DNA of 63,942 nucleotides, the filler included. It is 7 parts of 7 records of this genome, joined end to end, with 100 filler letters (N's around TTAATTAATTAA, not from the genome) between each part and the next. Parts side by side here need not be neighbours in the genome. Positions count along the whole stretch, not along the records: positions 48,368 to 63,942 come from SRR31147125_39966; 6 more parts are not named here. One strand, 5' to 3'. The position numbers and the translations under genes are program-made. Below are positions 56,921-63,942 of this stretch, in pieces (the first letter of the stretch is position 1; every line of letters begins with the position of its first letter). The notes under the pieces were generated by a model, which made no database searches, was not told the DNA's origin, and worked only from the letters and a program-made list of their open reading frames with translations.

Positions 56921-57670
56921 TCAAAATAATGATTGAATTTTAAAACCGATTCCTGTTACAAAATGAAAACTGGAAATTGTGGTGGACACGTTTCCGGCGA
57001 AAATTCGGGCGTTTTTTATTCTGGCAATTGAATATTTTATTCCAGCCAAAACCATCCACGTTTCAGAAATGGAATACATGGCAAGGACATCGAGCTTTAC
57101 AGCCGGACCTTTCCATTCGTATTTTTCCTGCGCTTGATTCCCTATTCTTGACTCGACGTGCGGTAGCATCAAGCCGCCTCCAAGACCCATATTGACAGAA
57201 AAAATTTTTTGTAAAAACCGGTTTTTATATAGTGGATAATGGACGTTGAGCAGAATGAAGTTAAAGCCATGTGACATGGAAAAAGCGTCTATTATTTTGT
57301 TTAAAGGAGTCGAGTGATGTGCGGGTATTTTCGGATTGGTTGAGTTTTTAACAAACACAGATCGATTTGTTTGAGCATAGGCTTTATCATGAATGAATTC
57401 CAGAGAGAATCGTATTGGGGCGTTTTTTATCCTCAGAGCCCAACCAGCTGATATGCCATAATAAAGCGGCAACTGGAAGGATCGTGATGAAAAATGAGTG
57501 TTGGATAGATCATAGTATTTGTTATTTAGATGTAACGCTATATCTGTTGGTAAATGAACGCTTTTACCTGTAAAGATATAAAAAGTGCCTTCTGTGCCAC
57601 AACAACCATTGTATGTCCAGAAGCTTATCAAACTAAAGGTGATAATCGATCCCCACATAAAATGTCGCAT
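56921..57670 (-). CDS. Outer-membrane beta-barrel protein resembling the LpxQ (lipid A oxidase) family
   Basis: Signal peptide; SFQLPLYYG, LEFIHDKAYA, SHGFNFILLN, GLGGGLMLPHVES, YEWKGPAV in the order recalled for LpxQ. Confidence 0.6.
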   Translation of the reverse strand: MRHFMWGSIITFSLISFWTYNGCCGTEGTFYIFTGKSVHLPTDIALHLNNKYYDLSNTHFSSRSFQLPLYYGISAGWALRIKNAPIRFSLEFIHDKAYAQTNRSVFVKNSTNPKIPAHHSTPLNKIIDAFSMSHGFNFILLNVHYPLYKNRFLQKIFSVNMGLGGGLMLPHVESRIGNQAQEKYEWKGPAVKLDVLAMYSISETWMVLAGIKYSIARIKNARIFAGNVSTTISSFHFVTGIGFKIQSLF

Positions 57671-57732
57671 GTTATCAGTTGCCTATAGATTGATGGATTG
57701 TGTCTGTTTACCACTATTTGTTATTATTATTA

Positions 57733-57898
57733 TCAACTTTTTTTGGCTGTGATGACAGAAACGCTGGAAAATTTTTGCTCCACATTTACTGCCGCAATGC
57801 AAACACACAGGATGTGGATTCTTGTCGTGTTCATTAATAGTGACTGTCACAGAAAATGTTTTTTTACAGTCCTTACAAATGAATTCATATATGGGCAT
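57733..57898 (-). CDS. FmdB-family zinc-ribbon protein; apparent frameshift ~57787
   Basis: MPIYEFICKDC...CLHCGS; shifted frame gives VEQKFSSVSVITAKKS*; GGAG RBS. Confidence 0.85.
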
Positions 57899-58398
57899 GG
57901 GTTTCTCTCCTTAACTTATTTAATATATGTATTTTACAAAAGTATATAGAAATATATTCGTTATGGTTTGTTTCGGGATATTTTCTGATTCTACTTTTCG
58001 AACGTAAATTTGAGTATCGTGTTTATAACAAGCGGTAAAGCAGGAGGAAGGGAAAGAAGCACCTTAACTATGGAGCTGTCAGGAGAGTGTCTAACGTCTT
58101 TTCTGATTTTTTATAATATTAAAATAGAGACATAAAATGACATTGTCAATAAAATTAGAAAAGTTAAAAGTGAAATGTGTTGAAAAGCAAAAGCGAGCAT
58201 GGTACTGCACTGAAAATTTGTAATAACGATTAAAAATAATTTGAATTTGAAAATAATTTTCAGCATTTTGTAAAGGTTTTTGGGTTTGTTGGTATGTTTA
58301 AAACACAATCATGTGGTGTAGATTTAAAGCATACCACATGTTTAACAAGTCAAGTAAGCGAGTTACAAGAATTCTGATATGACACATAGCTGAAAAGT

Positions 58399-59619
58399 AT
58401 GGAAAAAATTTTTTCAATAAAAGATCAACGTATTGTAGACGCCAGATCTCTTTGTACATCCTCAGAGAGGAGGAAAAAGAAAAGATTCCTTCTTGAAGGA
58501 AAAGAGATTATACAGTGGGCTATGGATGCCTCTCTGGAAATAGAGCGGATTTTTATTCACGATCGTGTTCAGGAAGAAACGATTGTCACAAAGTGGCTGA
58601 ATTCGGGAATAGAATGTTTATCTGTTTCTGAAGGTATTATTAAAAAAATATATGATAAACGATATCTCATCCCTTTTGTGGGTGTTGCAAAATTATCACT
58701 ATCGAAGTCAAAACAAGATGCAAAAACAGATGATTTTATTATGGTGCTGGATAACGTCAAAGATCATGGTAATATAGGAACCATTGTCAGGACAGCAAAG
58801 GGATTCGGAATCCGGATTATTCTATCCAGTCATGATGATTTTGATCCTTTTATAAAAAAGACGATTGAAGCATCTCGAGGAACTATTTTTAAAACCGATA
58901 TAGGGCAATTCAATTCACCGTCACAAACAATTGACTATCTGAAGAAAAAAGGTTATCAGATTATTTCTACAAGTCCTCATGCTCCGGTATTACAGTCGTC
59001 AATAAAATTGCAGGCCAAACCCATCGCTTTGGTCGTTGGCAATGAGACTACTGGTATTTGTCAGGAATTTATAGATCAGGCAGATGTACTGGTTAAAATT
59101 CCAATGAGTACTGATGTTGAATCGTTGAATGTCGGTGTCGCAACGGGTATCAGTGTATATGAATTTAAACTTAAACTGGTTATTGCTATGTTACTAAATT
59201 ATATCAGATCTACCTTAGGCCGGGAACTAAATGTAACGTGGAAACATGTTTTTCAGGTTTTAGATAAACGTATATTGGAAGTGTCGCCGTTTAATAGTAT
59301 GCAGGTAATATTTTTGATGATCCTCAAATGCGACGGAGTTATGTCCCTTGAGCAAATAAGTAAAGATACAGCTACTTTTGGGGAGGAACAGCAGCAGTTA
59401 TTACAACCACTCTTTGATGCTGATTATATTGTTTATACAGACTCTAAAAAGGACGTTACTTTGACAGTGCAGGGAGAACACTTTTTAGGTGAAATATGGT
59501 CTGTTGTTGAAACTGCGGAACAGGAAGTTTTAAAGGATTTTACAGAAAAAGAAAAAAATCAATTGCGGGATTTTTTACATAGAATTCAAACAAATTGTCA
59601 GGAGATCATAAAAAGTTGA
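58399..59619 (+). CDS. TrmH/SpoU RNA 2'-O-methyltransferase fused to a C-terminal MarR-like winged-helix domain
   Basis: FLLEG substrate-binding domain; SPOUT motifs VLDNVKDHGNIGTIVRTA, VVGNETTG, KIPMSTDVESLNV; then ~145 aa with NSMQVIFLMIL..MSLEQIS..VTLTVQG..FTEKEKNQLRDFLHRI. Confidence 0.85.
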   Translation: MEKIFSIKDQRIVDARSLCTSSERRKKKRFLLEGKEIIQWAMDASLEIERIFIHDRVQEETIVTKWLNSGIECLSVSEGIIKKIYDKRYLIPFVGVAKLSLSKSKQDAKTDDFIMVLDNVKDHGNIGTIVRTAKGFGIRIILSSHDDFDPFIKKTIEASRGTIFKTDIGQFNSPSQTIDYLKKKGYQIISTSPHAPVLQSSIKLQAKPIALVVGNETTGICQEFIDQADVLVKIPMSTDVESLNVGVATGISVYEFKLKLVIAMLLNYIRSTLGRELNVTWKHVFQVLDKRILEVSPFNSMQVIFLMILKCDGVMSLEQISKDTATFGEEQQQLLQPLFDADYIVYTDSKKDVTLTVQGEHFLGEIWSVVETAEQEVLKDFTEKEKNQLRDFLHRIQTNCQEIIKS

Positions 59620-59700
59620 TAGGATATGACGTTTCTTGGGATTGCCCGTAAAAGCCGGTTTGAAACAGGTTTTTACGAACGGACATTCCTGAAACCGGTT

Positions 59701-60177
59701 TTACGGATTCATAAAATGTTTGACAAATTGCGGCACCAAAGAAACAACCAGAAACTTTAGAAATATACCCAGGAAGCCCAGAATAAAGAACGTGCGGAAT
59801 TTTATCTTCAGGCTGCCTGCCAGGATGCTGACCACATAAAAGGTAGGAAAACCGGTTGAAGCACTGATAAAGAGGAATAGATTTGTGGAATGTTTCCACT
59901 TTTCTAATTTCTTTTTTATTTTTTCAAGTTTATCTTTTCCTTTTTTAAATTTCAAATTTAAAACACCCTTGCCGGCAAAATACATAAGTGATTTTACCAT
60001 CATTTGCGCTGACGTGGATAACAAAACTACGGGTAAAACAACGGATTTTGGTGATGTCGATGATACCAATACAAGGAACGTTTCCACATTTATAATTGGA
60101 ATAAAACCACCAGCCATACTGACCAGAAACGAAGCCAGGTAAATTCCAACCTTGCCTATGATTTCTTCAAAATTCAT
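59701..60177 (-). CDS. DedA/VTT domain membrane protein
   Basis: GGFIPIINVE, ISASTGFPTFYVVSILAGSLKIKFRTFF. Confidence 0.8.
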   Translation of the reverse strand: MNFEEIIGKVGIYLASFLVSMAGGFIPIINVETFLVLVSSTSPKSVVLPVVLLSTSAQMMVKSLMYFAGKGVLNLKFKKGKDKLEKIKKKLEKWKHSTNLFLFISASTGFPTFYVVSILAGSLKIKFRTFFILGFLGIFLKFLVVSLVPQFVKHFMNP

Positions 60178-60820
60178 TCTTCTATCCGACTGTAAAAAAT
60201 AATTTTCATTTCAATCAATTTCAAAAACTCCGGCTTGGGTCCACTTGCTCTCTAACAGAGCATGACGACAAGCACTATATATCCATTTACAGGGAGTCTG
60301 GAAATCGTGGGTTTTTAATTTTCGTTGTCTTTTTAACCGATAATAAGAGTGGAGAGGAGACTGTTTCCCATTTTGTTTGCCGGGCTGTCAAACTAGTTAA
60401 AAATTCGCATTAAGTACATGTATTGTTGTATCTGTGGTCCTAATAGTAAAACAATAATCAACGAATGTCAAGTGGTTTTTAAAACTGCGGCAGATCGTTT
60501 TAACGAATCCAGGCTGAAAGAAACGTGTTTTTGAGCATGGAAAAACAGGGTAACAATTATTCCTGGGGCGAATTTTAACAAATACAATAGTACCGTAGAA
60601 ATTTTTCCGGAAATGAGTATCCATTAATAAACAAGGAAAAGTTGGTGATGAAGAATTCGATTTTTTGAGAAAAGTAGACTAGAAAATTATTGCTTATTTT
60701 GCCTAATTGATGTATATAAGATTCAATAGCAAACCATCCTTTACGTTTAAAAGACCATCTATTGTAGCTTGCATGTCCACAGGCGCAATTGCCTTTAAAA
60801 AGTTTTCAGGAGGAACAGCG

Positions 60821-61738
60821 ATGAGTGAATTTAAAGATCTCACGCGTAAAGAGTTTTTAAAAAGATCATCAGTACTCGTCGGAGCCGGATTATTGACATC
60901 GGCAACATCCACGTTTTCAAAATTAAACAAAGAGCCGGAATATCGCATTATGGGCCGGAGCGGATTTAAGGTGTCGGCTGTCGGGTTAGGGGCAACCCGC
61001 ACAATGGAGCCTGCCATTGTGAAAACAGCGTTGGACCATGGTGTTAATTTTATCGATACCGGCAGGTCCTATTTTAACGGCCGGAACGAGGTGATGGTAG
61101 GAGAGGTCTTACGGGGAATTCGAAAAAATGTCATTGTCCAGTCTAAAATTACTCTTCGCAGGAGTTCCCGTGATCGGGGCAGGAATAGTTCCGATTCTAT
61201 GAAAAGATTACGTCAACACATGCAATCCTCTCTGGAAGAGAGTCTCCGGGCTTTGCAGACCGATTATATCGACATTATGCTCATTCGAAATGTGAAAACA
61301 GTGGATGTTCTGGAAAACGAAGCGGTATTGGATTTTTTTCAAAAAGCAAAAGAAAAAGGTCAAATTCGAGCCTGTGGATTTGCGTCACATGAGAATCAGG
61401 CAGAGTTGGTTAATTTTGCCAACAAGAGTCTTTTTTATGATAATGTTTTGGTCGCTTATAATCACAAAGGCGCCTATACTCACAGCAAAACGGGCCGGTA
61501 TGGCGAATGGGATCAGGAGGCATTGGAAGTCGAACTGAATCGTGCCCACGAAAATAAAATTGGCATCGCTGCCATGAAAACCTGTTCCGCCGGGCTTTAT
61601 GCAGATGGGCCTGATGGCCAACCCACTATTGTTGCCGGTTTGAAATGGATCCTCAAACATCCGTTTATTCACACCATGGCTGTTGCCATGAGTAATATGG
61701 AACAGATTAATCAGGATGTGCAGGCTATGTATGCCTAG
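60821..61738 (+). CDS. Aldo/keto reductase family protein with a Tat-like leader
   Basis: AGGAGG RBS before ATG 60821; LTRKEFLK; YRIMGRSGFKVSAVGLG; GVNFIDTGRSY; SLRALQTDYIDI; AAMK. Confidence 0.9.
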   Translation: MSEFKDLTRKEFLKRSSVLVGAGLLTSATSTFSKLNKEPEYRIMGRSGFKVSAVGLGATRTMEPAIVKTALDHGVNFIDTGRSYFNGRNEVMVGEVLRGIRKNVIVQSKITLRRSSRDRGRNSSDSMKRLRQHMQSSLEESLRALQTDYIDIMLIRNVKTVDVLENEAVLDFFQKAKEKGQIRACGFASHENQAELVNFANKSLFYDNVLVAYNHKGAYTHSKTGRYGEWDQEALEVELNRAHENKIGIAAMKTCSAGLYADGPDGQPTIVAGLKWILKHPFIHTMAVAMSNMEQINQDVQAMYA

Positions 61739-61844
61739 GATCTGGTGTTCCTTTATCTGAATAGAATACGAATCAGTTCATAACAGAACTCGAGTTTGGA
61801 TTCAGAGCTGATTATTAAAGTTAAATCGAGTTGGAGACAAATGT

Positions 61845-63065
61845 ATGAGCATAAATCGTCGACAATTTTTATATGAAATGAGTGCTGGTCTGACCTGTTT
61901 TGCTGCCAGTCCGGTTAAAGGCCTTGTTGCGAATGAGAATAAAAAAGATAAGCAAAATCGGCAGATAAGTTTCGGCTGGACAACGTGTCTAACCTACCAG
62001 GCAGGTGAACGAAAGCTCGGATATGATTATTACAGTCAGTTATTGGAAAATATGGCAGCGCATGGCATGAAACGATTAATCGTCATGATGGCCAGTCACG
62101 GTTATTTTTCTCCGGGCAATCATGGTCTGGCCTGGCCGGTACGGAATACAAAATTGGTGCCTCAGCTCGATCAGAACGCCCTTAATGCTCATGAAAAAAC
62201 AGAGTTCTTTTCCCGGGTTATTAAAAAAGCACACAAGCTTGGTATCAAGGTTTATATAGAAATCAAATATCTGGGAATGATCGGCATTCATCAGGGATAT
62301 CCAGGTGTTGAATTTTTAACATTAAAAGACGGACGGGATAATCACAGAGTTCCTGAAGGCGCAAGCGATTACGAGCGCCGCGCTATCCAGGCATTACATA
62401 TCTGCTGTGACAGCACCCCAGCACATGATTATATGCGGGACAAGATTAGGGATGTTCTGGAGCGATATCACGATCTGGACGGATTGATTTTAGAGCATCC
62501 ATCCTATTTTGGCAATGTCTGTTATTGCCGTGGCAGTCGGGAAAAATTTCGTTTGGATACGGGCAAAGACATTAAAGACACAACAGAGAGCGAATTTACA
62601 AACTGGAAAAACAATCGAATTCGGGATACCTTGATTGATTTGAAACAGCTTGTCAAAGAGATTAGTCCGGATTTTGAATTTGGATTCTATACGGGTTTTT
62701 CTCCGGGTGATGGAAATGTTGCTGCATATCAGCGCCAGCGCGGACACAACATCGAAACCCTGAAGCAGGTGGGACTCGATTTTGTCCTGCCTTATTGTGA
62801 AGGACGTCATCTTGACAACGAGACAAGAGAACTGGAAAAAGTTATAGATTATCTGTCGCCACTGAAAATATATGTGCATACTACAATTCGAAAGGATATG
62901 CCGAAAAACTATGTCCTGCCACAAAAAGATCCGCGTTACGTGAAAAAGATGATCAATTGGGGAAAGGATGTTTTTACGAACAACGATCGTTTTATAGGTA
63001 TGACCTTTTTTAATGAGGTTAAAATACCGGCGGAAAACCGTAAGGCAGTGTATGACTCGATCTAA
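61845..63065 (+). CDS. Tat-exported putative glycoside-hydrolase-like TIM-barrel protein (GHL10/DUF187-like)
   Basis: INRRQFL Tat motif; IKKAHKLGIKVY; VLERYHDLDGLILE; CYC; EFTNWKNNRI; VKEISPD. Confidence 0.6.
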   Translation: MSINRRQFLYEMSAGLTCFAASPVKGLVANENKKDKQNRQISFGWTTCLTYQAGERKLGYDYYSQLLENMAAHGMKRLIVMMASHGYFSPGNHGLAWPVRNTKLVPQLDQNALNAHEKTEFFSRVIKKAHKLGIKVYIEIKYLGMIGIHQGYPGVEFLTLKDGRDNHRVPEGASDYERRAIQALHICCDSTPAHDYMRDKIRDVLERYHDLDGLILEHPSYFGNVCYCRGSREKFRLDTGKDIKDTTESEFTNWKNNRIRDTLIDLKQLVKEISPDFEFGFYTGFSPGDGNVAAYQRQRGHNIETLKQVGLDFVLPYCEGRHLDNETRELEKVIDYLSPLKIYVHTTIRKDMPKNYVLPQKDPRYVKKMINWGKDVFTNNDRFIGMTFFNEVKIPAENRKAVYDSI

Positions 63066-63259
63066 TATGATAATTACGCATAAAAATCTAACATATCGTA
63101 ACAGAGTAAAATTCATAATAGTGCTGATTGGTTAGATCGACATTGTCTGGCAAGGATCGGGAACCCTTTTGCGTTATTGTTTAAAAACCACGGAAAACAC
63201 CGAATACACAGAAAAAAAAGTTTGTCAAAGATTGACAAGAAGAAAAATAGGTTAGCAGC

Positions 63260-63942
63260 ATGAGGATAATTATAAACGTATTTTTACTGGCAGTTTTGTT
63301 ACCTTTTGGTTTAAAAGCGGAATCCGGTTTTAAACAAATAATGCCGAATTTTAATGAGTCGAGTCGTTTCGAATTAATTGAGGAAGCGGAAATATACAGG
63401 GCTGATAACCTGTGGGAATATATAAATGGTGCTGCTCCCGCCTACCTGGCATATGGCTGCCAGGGTGTGATGACGTTTATTGTTTTGGACAAGATGGATA
63501 GCTTAGAGATGACCATCGACATATTTGATATGGCAGATAGTTTAAATGCGTTTGGCATGTACTCCTCTGAGAGATCACCGTTTAATACAGCAGTGAACAT
63601 AGGCAGTGGGGGATCACGCTCAGAAAATGCGCTCTATTTTTGGCAATCCCGTTATTATGTGAAATTAACCGGTTATGAATATTCAGAGAAAATGTCAAAA
63701 TTATTAACAATTTTTAGCAGGATTTTGAGTGATAAAATTCCAAAACAAGGGCAGCTGCCGCAAATTTTTAATGTATTTCCCCCAAAAAATCGTATGGAAT
63801 ACAGTGAAAGATACATCAGCTCCGATGTGTTGGGACAAAAGTATTTAACGAATGGATTTTCCGTCACCTACAAGTATGGAGATGGGAAGTACAGAATTAT
63901 TATTTTTCAAAAGCAGAGTCCGGAACAAGCCAGAGAAAATTT
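63260..63942 (+). CDS. DUF6599-like exported protein, 3' truncated (absent from the ORF track)
   Basis: Open frame from ATG 63260 to the window end: signal peptide, YRADNLWEYINGAAPAYLAYG, IDIFDMADSLNAFGMYSSER, FWQSRYYVKL. Confidence 0.8.
   Translation, partial: MRIIINVFLLAVLLPFGLKAESGFKQIMPNFNESSRFELIEEAEIYRADNLWEYINGAAPAYLAYGCQGVMTFIVLDKMDSLEMTIDIFDMADSLNAFGMYSSERSPFNTAVNIGSGGSRSENALYFWQSRYYVKLTGYEYSEKMSKLLTIFSRILSDKIPKQGQLPQIFNVFPPKNRMEYSERYISSDVLGQKYLTNGFSVTYKYGDGKYRIIIFQKQSPEQAREN

Noticed and set aside
13556..57898. Frameshifts in about ten genes as programmed frameshifting, phase variation or mass pseudogenisation
   Set aside because: They are mostly single-base changes in homopolymer runs, occur in unrelated organisms and hit conserved genes (acs, rsgA). 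Sequencing error is the simplest explanation, though only reads can confirm it.
60180..60700. Long intergenic region with small hairpins and a GGCTGTCAAACTAG end, as a riboswitch or IS remnant
   Set aside because: No riboswitch consensus, partner inverted repeat or transposase fragment could be recognised. An Rfam/ISfinder search would be needed.

Overview
This window is not one locus. It holds seven unrelated contigs joined by 100-nt artificial spacers (44 N + TTAATTAATTAA + 44 N), typical of a concatenated metagenome assembly. (1) 1-9449: eukaryotic DNA carrying one long minus-strand gene with many short introns, an SZT2 (KICSTOR) homolog. (2) 9550-15322: spirochaete-like sugar-uptake operon (URO-D-family protein, Ldh_2 oxidoreductase, ABC transporter, BNR/sialidase-fold protein). 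(3) 15423-22254: planctomycete-like TetR + UbiA unit with tandem operators, and a giant lamin-tail/CotH protein. (4) 22355-28870 and (5) 28971-41094: Bacteroidota contigs with M48 and M28 peptidases, a CoA-disulfide reductase-rhodanese-TusA-DsrE fusion, acs, ptb-buk, an amidohydrolase + DUF900-like pair, susCD with a structured regulatory leader, and REP/MITE-like repeats. (6) 41195-48267: Bacteroidota TonB receptor/DUF4249 genes and a LytTR two-component system with a visible LytTR box. (7) 48368-63942: anaerobe-type contig with rsgA, GNAT, two DedA proteins, GH78, archaemetzincin-HhH/FeS-radical SAM genes, an LpxQ-like barrel, a TrmH-MarR fusion, Tat-exported AKR and TIM-barrel proteins, and a DUF6599-like gene. 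Many genes carry single-base frameshifts, mostly in homopolymers, which are best explained as sequencing error. No rRNA, tRNA, CRISPR array or transposase was seen. The best candidates for uncharacterised systems are the TrmH-MarR fusion, the archaemetzincin/HhH-FeS/radical SAM trio and the URO-D/Ldh_2/sialidase/ABC catabolic operon. Family and taxonomic calls come from motif recognition and memory, not from database searches.
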